A stretch of 64,000 nt of DNA from Octopus vulgaris. Its lineage: Eukaryota. The stretch covers positions 60,574,001 to 60,638,000 of the forward strand of contig OX597816.1 of the NCBI GenBank assembly GCA_951406725.2. Reading direction: 5' to 3'. Position numbers and translations under genes: made by a program. Positions 28,868 to 41,815 of the stretch are shown piece after piece (the stretch's first letter is position 1; every line of letters starts with the position of its first letter). A model generated the notes under the pieces. It was given only the letters and a program-made list of their open reading frames with translations, ran no database searches and had not been told where the DNA came from.

Positions 28868-29420
28868 AAATGCCCTGATGCAGTACCAGACAATGGTTCT
28901 CATGGCTTCTGATCTTAACTGATTGGAAGTGTTATCATGTACATTGTTTTGTCTTGGTATAAAAGGTGGGCTACAGCAAATATTCTGCTCAATACCACAG
29001 ATTTTCTTGTCAGTTGTTTGACCATAACCAGTTGAGCATGTCTCTTAGTGACTGACGATATGTGCATATCTGATCACGAGCAGAAGTAGTGGGGGAGCAT
29101 CATAGCTGTGTGTTGAAAGGAATTCTTAGAGGTTTGGATAATTCACCTTTGGAAACATGAGTGGTTCGTTCAACATCCTTAAACAACCCATATTCAGGGA
29201 CCTTTTGAACGGGATGGGTTACTCGATGAGAAGGAAATTTTAACTGAGCCCCACCTGCAAGATCATGCGCTGTTTATCTTGAGATCACCATGTCGCGCAC
29301 ATATGGTTGTGATGCATGTGCCTGGTATACCCTTATCAGACAGGTAGTCATGATGGGTATACTGGACTTCGTGTATTTTACCCCAGTGTCACTTCGATGG
29401 CATGCACTGCTCTCTCACTC
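28868..29420 (+). mobile_element. Non-coding interspersed repeat bounded by (TAA)/(TGA) arrays
   Basis: About 550 bp block between trinucleotide arrays. Diverged pieces of the same family occur at 31930-32290 and 33174-33222. Confidence 0.6.
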
Positions 29421-29469
29421 AGTAGTAGTGGTAGTAATAATAATAATAATAATAATGATAATAATAATA

Positions 29470-29503
<34 letters not shown>

Positions 29504-29599
29504 GGATGATGATAACTTGCAGATGAAATAATCATTACAAAAACAGAGACCGAACGTGACAGTGTGAAATGAACCACCGAAAAGGTTGATAGAATCCTG

Positions 29600-30683
29600 G
29601 AGTATATTCAAACGAAAGATTCATTGGAAACAATGAACTTGATTACATCTATTTCAATTTTAGTTGACAACCGGTTCGAAAAAAGAGAGGAAATCAGCCA
29701 TGGTGGAAATGAAGAATCGAAAGTGATATTAAAACCTTGCGCAGAGATCTGAGTCGCATAGAAGAGTGCTCCAGAGGGCAGTGGAAACGTACTGAAGAAG
29801 ATGTAAAGGCATATCTTGAAACAAAATACCATATGGAAAAGAAAGGGTTTAAAACTATTATCGAAACCTAAAGCAACGTATTCAGGCAAAAACATTGTAG
29901 GCGCACCACTACCCTGATCGCATATTGCAGTTCCGTCAAAACACGCTATTCACAATGTTTCTTTAAGAGTTTGAGTGGAGATACAAAAGATAATATACCT
30001 CCTGAAGCAAAGGAAACCCAAGTTTGGAATTTCATTTGGGGGAAAGAGGTTTCCCACAACCATTGTACTGAGTGGATTCATTCCATGAGATCCGAACGGC
30101 AGCATTATGTATGCATAACAACAGAAGGTGTAGTTACACAGGTATCAAAACTGCCAGACTGGAGACCGGCAGACCCAGATAGAATCCAAGACTACTGGCA
30201 AGTGGTTGAGGTCAACACAGAAACGAATTTGTATGATAGCCTACAAAATGGTGCGAAATGAATAGTAGAGAAAAAGACAGCATTGTTGATGAAAGATCGA
30301 TCAAAAGGCAATGTGGGAGGCAATTACAGATCCATTGCTTACCTTAACCTCTTATGGCATCCTCGCAAGGAAAATATATACGCTCCTTGCAGAAAAATTC
30401 TGCTTCATGTAGAACAAAAGGAATGCCGAAAAGGACCCAAGGGCACCAAAAACCACCTTGTGATAGACAAGGCCGAAATGAAGAACTGCAAACGGTACCA
30501 AAAACACTTGTGCATGGCATGGATAAACTTTAGAAAGGCCTATGACAAGTTGCCGCATTCGTGTATTCTGTAACACTCTACACGTGTGGAGTAGCTGAGA
30601 ATGTGAGTGCACTAATCAAGAACAGCATGACTAGTTGGAAAACACGTCTTTTCAGTAACAACCGAGGTATTAATCGAAAGAGA
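29600..30683 (+). mobile_element. Old R4/NeSL-like LINE RT remnant (left part)
   Basis: GNYRSIAYLNLLW, EQKECRK, AWINFRKAYDKLPHS. Interrupted at TA 30684-30685 by a mariner. Confidence 0.8.
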
Positions 30684-31889
30684 TACGAGGGGCGTTCAAT
30701 AAGTAATGCCCCTGATCCACTTCCCATAGCAGTAGGGCAACGAAACTTGGCACAGGTATTAGTCTTTTTCTACATAGGAACAACCCAGAGGTACGCATTT
30801 CTCCCATCGTTTGATGCAGTTCTGGAGACCGTTTTCGTAGAAGACCCCAGCTTGGTCCTCCAACCACGACGTGACTTCAGAAATCAAGGCTGCATCATCT
30901 GGGAAACGCTTTCCTTTCAAAAACAACTTCATGGCTGGGAAGAGGTGAAAATCAGAGGGTGCAAGGTCAGGAGAGTAGGGGGTGGGGGAAGAGTTCATAG
31001 CTGCACGCCTGTGCTTCTGATCTGGCGACACGCGAGTTGTGGACCGGAGCGTTGTCCTGCAGGAGGAGGATGCCTTTGCTGATCTTGCCCCGCCTCTTGA
31101 TTTTGATAGCTTCTCTTAATTTCCTCAAAAGTGAAGCATAATAGGCTCCTGCAATTGTGGTACCCTTTGCTAGGAAATCTGTCATCACTACTCCGTCCTG
31201 GTCCCAGAAGACTGTGAGCATAACCTTGTCAGCGGAGGGCTGCACCCTTGCCTTCTTTGGAGGAGGTGAGTCACGGTGCTTTCACTGCATTGACTGGGCT
31301 TTGGTCTATGGATCATAGTGATGGACCCAGGTTTTATCCTGTGTGATCAGTCTTTTGAAAAAATTTGACTCATCTTCTTGGCACATCTCCAAATTCATCC
31401 TCGAGCACTCAACGCGTTCTTGCTTCTGGAAAGGTGTGAGCAACCTGGAAATCCATCTGGCAGACACCTTTTGCATATGCAAATGGTCATGAATGATAGT
31501 TTCCACAGACCCGGTACTAATCTTGACCTTATGGGCTATTTGGCGAATAGTTATGCGTTGACCTTCCAAAATGGCAGCCTCAACTTGACGGACAGACGTC
31601 TCATCAACGGCAGAAGGGGGCGACCAGGTCTGGGAGCTGTTTCCACAGAGTTCCGACTATGTTTGAATTCACAATGCCAGCGTTTTACAAGGTCATATGA
31701 TGGGGCATCATCACCATAAGTTACTTTCATTTCATCAAAAGTCTCTCGTGGTGTGGGTCCTTTCAAATACAAAAATCAGATCACTGCTCGACACTCAACA
31801 GGCTCCATTTCACACTTGACTCAGTTCAAAGACCTATAAATCAGAAACCACAATTAGTCCAGAGCTGTAATTCGCCACTTAATCCATGC
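30684..31889 (-). mobile_element. Mariner element (irritans-like TIR), frameshifted, 5' TIR missing
   Basis: TIR TACGAGGGGCGTTCAATAAG. Motifs KVSARWI, ITQDKTWVHHY, LQDNAP and PYSPDLAPSDFHLF. Confidence 0.93.
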
Positions 31890-32323
31890 ATTTATAAAAG
31901 AACACTAACTTTTATAGCCCTATATAAACGAAGCCTAGTATATCTATCATGATTACCCGTCTGATAACGGTACACCAGACACATGCATCACAAACATATA
32001 TGCGTGACATGGTGATCTCATATCAAGATAAACAGCGCATGACCTTGCAGGTGGCGCCCGGCTAGAATTTTCTTCAGGAAACAGCGCATGACCTTGCAGG
32101 TGGCGCCCGGCTAGAATTTTCTTCAGGTTCTCAACCTGAAGAAAATTCTAGCCGGGCGCCACCTGCAAGGTCATGCGCTGTTTATCTTGATATGAGATCA
32201 CCATGTCACGCATATATGTTTGTGATGCATGTGTCTGGTGTACCGTTATCAGACGGGTAATCATGATAGATATACTAGGCTTCGTTTATATAGGGCTATA
32301 AAAGTTAGTGTTCTTTTATAAAT
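31890..32323. repeat. Perfect fold-back inverted repeat (about 190-bp arms) with a 49-bp tandem duplication in the left arm
   Basis: Arms read as exact reverse complements around the centre GGTT-CTC-AACC (32126-32136). Confidence 0.92.
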
Positions 32324-33221
32324 TGTACATTCTGCATTATTTTTCAGTTCCTCTGGATAAGGTTGTAATTGAAGGAGCATGACTTTCTCATTCTCTCAGC
32401 AGTTCAGAGGTTCGTTTATAAATCTAAAAGCTTCTCAATGATTACAGAGAATATTCATGTCACCAATGTTGTAACTTTCAACCATATGTTTACAGTTTTT
32501 TGACGTTCTATCTCATTTTCCTTTTATATTCTACATTGAACACGTTCCCCGCTCTGTTGAAAATACTCACTCTATACTCTTTGATTTATATTTTCACTTC
32601 TGCACCTCTATGCTCCCGTTCTAGTGGTTCGACCCTCTGCTTCTCTTTACGTCGTCACCTATACCATCTCGTTCTTTTCCTTGTTAACTTACATCGTCTG
32701 TCATCCATATTTTAGAAGCGAATATCAATTTTGAAGCGAGAAGACGATAAATAATTGCACTTATGTGCAAGCGTTAAATGAGATGCAACATAAAAAATTT
32801 AGTTCAATTAAAAAAGACTACACTTTTCACGATCCACCAACCACCGCCAGCTCCACCACCATCTTCATAACCATTATCATCATAATCACCACCACCACCA
32901 CCACCATCGTAATAGTTTCCAGTAACAAGGCTCAGTCTAAACTGTTTGCCAACCAAGATTATTTCTTTTCAGTCAGTTGTTCTACTTCTCTTACTGTCCA
33001 TACAAAGTTCAAATAACAAATTTTTAAAACATAACATCCATTGCTATTTTACCTTTCACTGAAAAATCTCTCTCTCTATCTATAAGTTTATCATATCTAA
33101 TGTAAATCTTCCTTCTTCCGTCCAGCAATCGATGTATTTGTCAATGTGGATAGATAGATAAATAGATTGTAAATAGTCCATCCCGCTCAAATGGTCCCTG
33201 AATAAGGGTTTTTAAAAGATG

Positions 33222-33482
33222 CTTCCCCCATTTCAAAGTGAACACCGCACGTTTTGAGATTCCGAATTCAATTTCTATATCCTTGCTGCACATCTGTACA
33301 GTCTCAGCCAGCTTCTTCATTTCAGGTTCTGTTTTTGCGAACCATTTTAAATCATTCATGACGAGAAGGTGGTTGAAACAAATTCATTCTTACTCAGCCC
33401 ATAGACTTAGTGCAGAACTACAGAAAGTGGGATCAAGTCTATAACAAATAACAAAGGTGAACAAGAGTCTTCCTAGGGGATA
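33222..33482 (-). mobile_element. Right part of the 29600-30683 LINE remnant, inverted
   Basis: Minus strand continues the RT: SPLLFV, NHLLVMNDLKWFAK, DIEIEFGISK. Confidence 0.8.
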
Positions 33483-33848
33483 CGAGGGGCGTTCAATAAG
33501 TAATGCCTCTGACCCACTTGCCTTTGTTTGATCTAGCTGAAATTTTGCATGTGCAATTATTGATATCTCTATAGATTAAGTGGCAAATTACAGCTCCGAA
33601 CTAATTGTGGTTTCTGATTTACAGGTGTTTGAAATGAGTCAAGTGGGAAATGGAGCCAAATGAAATTCCAAACTTGGGTTTCCTTTGCTTCAGGAGGTAT
33701 ATTATCTTTTGAACTGCATAACTCTGCATAATGAACTGCATAACTCTGGGTAGTTCCTATGAAGGAAAAGACTAATAACTGTGCCAAGTGTCGTTGCTCT
33801 ACTGCTATGGGAAGTGGGTCAGGGGAATTACTTATTGAACGCCCCTCG

Positions 33849-33850
<2 letters not shown>
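33481..33850 (+). mobile_element. Internally deleted mariner carrying a 56-bp filler
   Basis: Both TIRs present (TACGAGGGGCGTTCAATAAG and CTTATTGAACGCCCCTCGTA). Same family as 30684-31889. Confidence 0.9.
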
Positions 33851-33880
<30 letters not shown>

Positions 33881-33887
33881 TATATAC

Positions 33888-33946
<59 letters not shown>

Positions 33947-34140
33947 GTAAAAAATAAATACAGACATGGACAAGAACATGAAACACCAAGGAGACGACAC
34001 AAGAACCACAGGACGGGACATTCAAAGCCCTCAGTCATCAGTCAAGAACCAGATCATCTTCGCAATTTCGGCTGATTAATCTTATATATATATACATATA
34101 TATATATGTATATATATATGCATATATATATATAATATAT

Positions 34141-34215
<75 letters not shown>

Positions 34216-34236
34216 CATGTATATATACATATATAT

Positions 34237-34339
<103 letters not shown>

Positions 34340-34384
34340 TATATACAAACGATATATATACATGATATATGTATGCATATTCGA

Positions 34385-34962
34385 ACTGATCTACTTTGGA
34401 AGGGAGGACGCTCTGAAACTCCCATACTCTCTTCCAAAGTTGATATGGCCCGCAGAATGTGTTCCTGGATTCTCAGAACCTTCCAGTCGAGAGATTCCCA
34501 CACTATTATCCTTCTCTTCTCCTCTTTTGCCCGACCCCACCTTGAATACTGCTGTCCACTGTGGTCTCCCTACACAAAACAAAATATTATGAGAATTGAA
34601 GCTCCCCAAAGGTCAATCACAAAAAAGATAGATGGCATGTCAGACCTTGACTACTGGGGTAGACTAGAGAAGCTGAAATTGTATTCACTCCAACGACGCC
34701 GTGAACGCTACATTATCTGTATGATGTGGAAATATTCCATCAGCACTGTCCGAATGATGTTGGCATCACCTTCAAAATACATCCAAGGCTTGGACCACGT
34801 GCCATCCGTCCACAACAAAAATCTAAATCGCATCACATAACGACAATACGGCACAACTATTTCACCTCAATTGGACCCGTTCTCTTCAACATTACACCAG
34901 GACACGTCAAAAAAGAAACTGACCACACAAAATTCAAGAAGTCTTTGGACAAATTCCTTCAA
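34385..34962 (+). mobile_element. CR1-group LINE 3' remnant
   Basis: [12 protein letters not shown]...[13 protein letters not shown]...[12 protein letters not shown]...[10 protein letters not shown]. Confidence 0.8.
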
Positions 34963-34988
34963 TATATATATATACATATATATATATG

Positions 34989-35102
<114 letters not shown>

Positions 35103-35194
35103 TATGTATGTATATATTATATATGTATGTATATATATATGTATGTATATATATATATATACTTTATTTAAAGCAGCAGAAAATTCAACAAAAT

Positions 35195-35232
35195 CTGTTA
35201 CTCTGAGTTTCTCGTTGCCGTTCATCAGACAG
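35195..35232 (-). ncRNA. Minimal type-I hammerhead ribozyme in the Penelope pLTR
   Basis: Minus strand: ctgt-CTGATGA-a-cg-gcaa-cg-a-GAAA-ctcagag-TA-acag. Stem I ctgt/acag, near-palindromic stem III, GUA site. Confidence 0.8.
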
Positions 35233-36291
35233 TTTTTGCTAGAATGGAACCAATATATCAATTCAATCTAGACTCTTACAAACGCTACACCTTTAAAAAG
35301 AAATGGACTTGTTTGATTGGCCCTTTAGAAAAAACGGTCAATCTTCGAGCGATAAACAAAAAGGTCAACAATATATGTATATATATATAAAAACTTATAA
35401 AAATTATAAAATTCGAGGAAAAAACCTTACATTGAATAAAATACATAATGACATTAATGAAGAAAGTATAATTAAAGCTTAGAAATTAAACCTATTATAA
35501 ATATTACACTGCAATACATATTTAAGTTAAAGCGTACATATATATATCAACATACACAGAAGGATGCGTGCAAACGCCATACATATACAGACGTATAAAT
35601 ATAAATCTGAAATATACACATAAATGCATGCGTACATATATGTACACAATCCATCTCGCACGCAATTTAAAATCATCTATGTAGCGATTCTCATATACTG
35701 AGTAAGGGGGGACGAAAGAAAGGAAGAGAGAGAAAAAGGAACGAAGAAGGGGGAAGGAAAAAAGAAAAAAGAAAAAGGAGGGGTGGGGAAAAAACGAAAT
35801 AAGAAAAAATTATGTATACAAGCTATGTAACGGCATTATTGACATGTATGGAGACATGTATACAAATACACAAGCTCGAATGGATACATACACATACAGT
35901 CGTGTATATGTGTGCTTAAGCACAAATATACGTCCACTTACACATACACAGATACGCATGCTTACAAATACATATCCATGGCTATACACATACTTATATA
36001 AAAATTCTAATTTTTAAAGAAATGGGGACAATAATAAAAAATATATACGAAAGACATATAAAATAAAATATAACACCCTATTTTGGATCATCTATAAAAA
36101 ATCAAGGTAATCCTATACAATACAATAACTTGAAATAAAAAGTCGAAGGTTTTTCCTAATGTATATGTCGAAACATAAGACTTTGCTATACGGATTAAAA
36201 TCTGTATAACGCGGAACAAAATCCATTGTAGCGCTCACAGCTCAAGAGTCAAAATCAAAATTTCAAAAATCAAAAATACAAAATATATACT

Positions 36292-38421
36292 CTATCCATA
36301 TGGTATATTCGACATTTTAAATTTAGCCGCGTGCCTACATAAGTTCATTAGCTCACTTCTTTGATTCAAAGAATTATTGTCTTTGAATAAAATGTACATT
36401 TTTTCTAATAGGCAAAGTTTGCACTTGAAATTATTTTTGTATGCTCCATGCCTGTATAGTGCCGCCCTGTCCAGAATGCTCCATGTCACTTTGAAAGGTG
36501 GAGTTTCCTTTTCTTTTAGTTCCCAGACATATTTTGCTAGGCTGGTCCTCTTCCTATTCTCTGGGTATTTAAATGAATTTTTATGAGAATAAAATCTTGT
36601 TTTAAATGAATTCTCTGAAGCCCCTGTGTATGTCTTGTATTCCGATGAGCCTTCTACTTGCACCTTGGCTCTATAAACTACTCCTTTCACAAGACATTTC
36701 CCTTCTAACGGACAGGAGCTTTCGTTTTTGAAATTGCATTTCTTAATGGGCTCGGCACCATGTCTAATCTCAATTAGCTTCCTATTATGCTGGCTAATGT
36801 AAGAGGCGAAATTTCTGCAACAAGAATAGCTAACCTTCAGGGTTCTTCTATTAAATATCCTATAGAATTTATGACCCTGCTTAAAATGCTTAGAGACTAA
36901 TCTCAAAAATTCCTTACCTATATTAGTCTTTACGGCCAAATTGAAAGCCGGGTTGAACCACAAAACTTTCCTGGTCCTAGTTCTTCGTGCAGCATTATTA
37001 TCAGCATTAAGCTGGTTGTATTGGATCTTCTCAGAGAATCCACTATTCTTTAATGCGCTATCGTAATAAGGTGCAGCATTATGGAATGCTGCCTCGTCCG
37101 AAGAAATTGAAGATATTCTTCTACCTACATTGCTGACTAAGTTCCTAAGGATAACTGGTGGATGGTTCGAATCTTTGCTAATATACGATAGCTTTTCATT
37201 GGGCTTACGGAAAGGTTTAAATCTATCCGACCTTACATTAAAATTTACGTCTAAAAAATCTACACTATTCAGGTTAGCATCTATCGTAACCCGTAAGCCC
37301 ATCCTTTGAAAGAAAGCAATGAGGTCCTTCCTAAGTCTATCTGATTCATGGCCGTTTAGATTATGCGTGGCTATAAGGCCGTCATCCCTATATAAACCTG
37401 CATCTATAAATGGGAATTCTATTTTTAGATTATGGAGAATAAAGGCTCCTATGAGCTCACATAACTCAGCCCCGTCATTCGCCCCCATCGGTACATCGAA
37501 AAAAGAATCCTCAGTCTTCTTAATCCAGGTGGAATCCTCGAAAAAAAGAAGCGATTTCCTCGCATGCATAATAATATCAATTTCCGAGCTATCGATGTTG
37601 ACATACTGCTTGGCGAAGTCCAATGCCCTTAGGAGCAACGTCCTAGATATTGACGGGTAAAAGTCTATAATGTCGAATTGTATGAAACTACAATTATTCT
37701 TATAGCTAATACCTTTAAACCACTCTATGACCGACTTACTATTCTTCCAAATTCTCAAGTCTACTTCACTATCTAACTTAACTAAAATACGGTCCAAAAT
37801 ATTTTTGCTAATAATTCCTATCTCAGTTTTAGCCGGATTTATCAATCTACATTTGGGGTTTCTACTAAAATTGGCTTTATGGTCTTTCAGAGTAATAAAA
37901 GCTGGTCGTGGTGAAAGATATTCAATCCTATCGCTAATCTTAAGATCGTTAGCTATTCCTCTTGCTTCTAAGTTCACCTCTTTGTATATATTCGTGTTGT
38001 CTTTTTTGTATGTGTCTGTGACACTATTCGAAATCAGGCGTTTATAAACGTCCTTATCAAGTGCATATAAGTTCCTTGTCTTATCAGAATTAACGAAGAT
38101 CTTATTCGAGTCGTTAATCTCCTTAATTTTTTCTCTCATGTTTCTCTGTAATTGGTTGGTATATTTGCGGAATTTAATTTTCCTAATAAGCTCGTAAAGG
38201 TCCTTCTCGAAGGCTTCTAATTCCGGAATAGGTGGCGGGTTTCTGGGAGATTTAAATCCATATTTGTTTCCTTCTACTTTCTGTTTATTATCAAAGAAGA
38301 AGGCTTTCCATCTCAATCTTCGAATAAACTCTTCCGTTTTCTCTATAAGACCTTTGAGATATTGCTTCTGTGCAGGGATAGGTATATATTTCTGAGAAAA
38401 ATCCAGCGGGTAAAGTTCCAT
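36292..38421 (-). CDS. Penelope-like reverse transcriptase / GIY-YIG endonuclease, 709 aa
   Basis: QFDIIDFYPSI, VPMGA, LYRDDGL and DFLDV (RT). SCPLEGKC, VVYRA..TYTG, FKTRF.SH and CKLCLLEK (endonuclease and Cys motifs). Confidence 0.95.
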   Translation of the reverse strand: MELYPLDFSQKYIPIPAQKQYLKGLIEKTEEFIRRLRWKAFFFDNKQKVEGNKYGFKSPRNPPPIPELEAFEKDLYELIRKIKFRKYTNQLQRNMREKIKEINDSNKIFVNSDKTRNLYALDKDVYKRLISNSVTDTYKKDNTNIYKEVNLEARGIANDLKISDRIEYLSPRPAFITLKDHKANFSRNPKCRLINPAKTEIGIISKNILDRILVKLDSEVDLRIWKNSKSVIEWFKGISYKNNCSFIQFDIIDFYPSISRTLLLRALDFAKQYVNIDSSEIDIIMHARKSLLFFEDSTWIKKTEDSFFDVPMGANDGAELCELIGAFILHNLKIEFPFIDAGLYRDDGLIATHNLNGHESDRLRKDLIAFFQRMGLRVTIDANLNSVDFLDVNFNVRSDRFKPFRKPNEKLSYISKDSNHPPVILRNLVSNVGRRISSISSDEAAFHNAAPYYDSALKNSGFSEKIQYNQLNADNNAARRTRTRKVLWFNPAFNLAVKTNIGKEFLRLVSKHFKQGHKFYRIFNRRTLKVSYSCCRNFASYISQHNRKLIEIRHGAEPIKKCNFKNESSCPLEGKCLVKGVVYRAKVQVEGSSEYKTYTGASENSFKTRFYSHKNSFKYPENRKRTSLAKYVWELKEKETPPFKVTWSILDRAALYRHGAYKNNFKCKLCLLEKMYILFKDNNSLNQRSELMNLCRHAAKFKMSNIPYG

Positions 38422-38606
38422 CTTTTTCAGCTGTTTGTTCTTCCTACTTGTGCAGAGTCGGTCAAACTTTTATAAGGAGCGGGTTACACGAAAAACTCAG
38501 AGTAACAGATTTTGTTGAATTTTCTGCTGCTTTAAATAAAGCATATTACTCTACCACTGGTATTTGAGTACTCTTTTTTCCACCTTGTTTCACATTTATG
38601 TGTTTA

Positions 38607-38737
<131 letters not shown>

Positions 38738-38762
38738 TCATATACATATATATGTATATATA

Positions 38763-39162
38763 TCTTTATATATAAAAGTGACGTTGTGTGCTGTCTGTCT
38801 CCTACGATTTAGATTCCTAACTACTCCCACTTTTTGCGGTGCAGTTTAACCAAAATCCGAGTATCTTATAGTCGTGATTCATATCGAGCCCTTCTGGGTA
38901 TTAGTGCACGTCTACGGTGAGTCTACGATTTAAAAAAAAATTTACCATCAATTTTTCCCATTTTTAATGCATTTTTGGCATATATAAGGGAAGTAACTCT
39001 CTAAAAAATTATTATTAAATCTCAGAACGTAAAAAGCTACAGTAACACCCACCCCCCTTTGTGGTTAGCCATATTGAGATGGCTATTATACTTTACATCT
39101 CTAAAAATGCTTATATAGTAATTTCCCTTACAAACCCGAGCAACGCCGGGTGATACTGCTAG
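38763..39162 (+). mobile_element. Non-autonomous Helitron
   Basis: A|TCTTTATATATAAAAG start, hairpin CCCGAGCAACGCCGGG at 39135-39150, and CTAG|T end. Confidence 0.85.
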
Positions 39163-39241
39163 TTATCTATAAAATTCCCCTTGTTTGGGTCTTTTTTCAG
39201 CAACGTCACTGCACCTTATCCCTCGTGCAGCCCGCCATCGC

Positions 39242-39322
<81 letters not shown>

Positions 39323-41769
39323 TGGTAACATTTCTTTTTGCAATTTCTATATTTTCAACAGCTTTATCATATATCGTTTAAAGCAAAAAGTTTCCCAGCG
39401 TTTCCTCTATGAGAATGGTTTCATTCTCTTTCACCATTATTCTCTATCCACTCCCTTCCTTCATTCTAAATTTCTCTGTCTCTTCCCCCTCCCCCTCTCT
39501 CTCCTTGCCTCTGACCGTCCTCCTGCGTTTAATGCGTTGTTTCTCTTACCTTTCAGCGCCATCTATCTCCCTCCTCTCTCTCTCTTTCTCTCACTCCCTC
39601 TTATTCTCTCTTCTTTGCCGCTTTGCCTCCCACTTCCTCGCCTTAACAAGTTTTATTTCTCTCTTTTTACCTCTTCTTTCAATTAAGTGTGACACACACT
39701 ACAGGTACCTAGTATTAATACACCAGCTTGACCCGTGAAAAATTCACGGAAAACAAAAAATTGTGTGCTGGTGCCATGAGAAATGTTTCTATATTGTGAC
39801 AGTAACAGAATATAGAAAGAAGTGTAAAACCGATAACTATATAATCCAACTAAAGACCTACGGGTCCGTAGCCAGCTTTTTTGTTGTTGACATGTATGTA
39901 GTTTCAAAGTGCCTTATTTTACAACTAAGAGATGTATTGTTGTTATGATTTTATCTTACTATAATCAACAACAAACACATTTCGTCAATATAAAAATCTT
40001 TATTAGATTAAAAATAACATTTTCAAAACATGAAGGTAAAACAAAACTAATATGCTTTGTTTTCTTCAGGGCACCAGTGTACTGAGGCCGTAGTATTTCA
40101 CGTTGTTCACCAACCGACCTTTCCTCTGAAAAAATCAGTGGAATCAATCGATCTCCATACACAAATTATTCTCCTCCTGAAACTTATAAAAAAAAGTACA
40201 CATATTAGGCGCACCTTTCTATAAACCGCACACTAAATTTTCCAGGTAAAAAGTAGTAGCTTATACACCGGAAATATGGTAATTGTAGTGGCAGTGGCAA
40301 GTTCACTCGCTTGTTGGTAGTCGATAGTGTAGAAGTGGCTGTCTGCCAGTAGAGAGGGAAAGAGTAAGGAATGCACGGTGCTGACTAGAAAGGAAGAAAG
40401 GATAACATACGACGAATAGAGTGGTGACATTTAGTAAAGGTGACCCGAAAGTTGTTCCTCTTCGATTACTATTGCAAACAGTAGTAGCTTTCTTCAACTG
40501 AATACACGTTGTTGATTGGTTAAAATTACCCAAATATGACAACTTTAACTCGAAATAACTTCTAAAATACGAAATTTTGTCAAAAATGTTCAAAGTAAAC
40601 CGTGTTCTGCGTGAGAAATTACAATAGTATACGAAGTTTCAAACTGTTTAGTTTTTAAAAATTAATTAAAAAATCTGAGCCGGACTGAACAGATCCGCCT
40701 CCAGACTGTGAGACCCACAAATGCGACTGTTAGGACCGGATTAACACCCATAGCGACCCTAACGACTAAAAAGATTTTACTACCCCTATATAGGATCTTT
40801 TTTCCGTTTTCTTCCAGCCATTTGAAGGTTTATCTTGCTCCAGTCCACTCAGCTGGCCAAAATGAGTTGTAGCTGTAATCAAAAGGCACCAGCTTTGTCG
40901 TATTCTGTATGAGGCTGAATCTCCCTGAGAACTACTTTAATGATAGTGTTGTGGTTCAACTTAAGGACAGAGCTGGCGACCTACTTTTGGGAATGAATCC
41001 ATTGTTCTGCCAGATGCGGGTTGATTAATTAGCTCTGGGGAAACTCCCCGACCTTTTCAGGTGAATTAGGGTTCAGTTTGTGAGAGGCAGTCGGCATTTG
41101 GGATTCAGGGCAAGCAGTTGGCAGTTTGGATATAGCAGTGGCTGTTCTGCTGGTGACAGTGTACTGAGAGATGACAGGAAGACAGTCATGAGAGAGTGAA
41201 CAGTTGGGATTGTACAGCGAGTTAGTAATGGTTTGTTCTGCTGTGACAGAGAGAGATATACAGAGGATTAGGCAGCCAATAGAGATGGACTACAATGTGA
41301 GGCATTGGCTGATGTAACGGTATGTGTTAATTGTATGTTTTGATATGTGAAGAAAAAGAAGGAAAAAGAATCGATGTATTGAAATGTAAAAGAAATGAAC
41401 ATTGTGTTACAGAACTGTTAAAGAAAGAGAGATACTCTGTTGTAGCCTTTAATGAACATTGAACTGTATATGCCTTTAATGTGATTTGAACTGTAACGTT
41501 AATGTGATTTGAAACAGAACTGTTGTCTCCGGACTGTATATTGCATCAATCTGAACCGTTATTGTACCCGTTATCTACTTTATCACTGATTCCTTTGACC
41601 ACTCCCCTAAGAATGATAGTTTGCGCCATGCCTACCCCAAAAAGTCCCCCACCACCACCCCTTTAAACCTGCCTAAGTGTATAAATGCCAAAACTATTCT
41701 TGTCACCTAGCTTCCTGATGATTTCTTTTGAATGAAACAGTTCTAGTCCTGTAGAAGCTCCTTCTATAA

Positions 41770-41815
<46 letters not shown>

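Larger units (their letters stand above)
35162..38605 (-). mobile_element. Penelope-like retroelement (Naiad-like), apparently intact
   Basis: One uninterrupted ORF, a hammerhead-bearing 3' pLTR, and an inverted partial pLTR copy at 38493-38541 matching 35162-35210. Confidence 0.92.

Noticed and set aside
33950-34085. CTGATGA and GAAA on the minus strand
   Set aside because: I could not draw consistent stems I-III, and the fragment is truncated.
40948-41665. LTR-like block
   Set aside because: No TG...CA pair with TSD and no second copy could be established.
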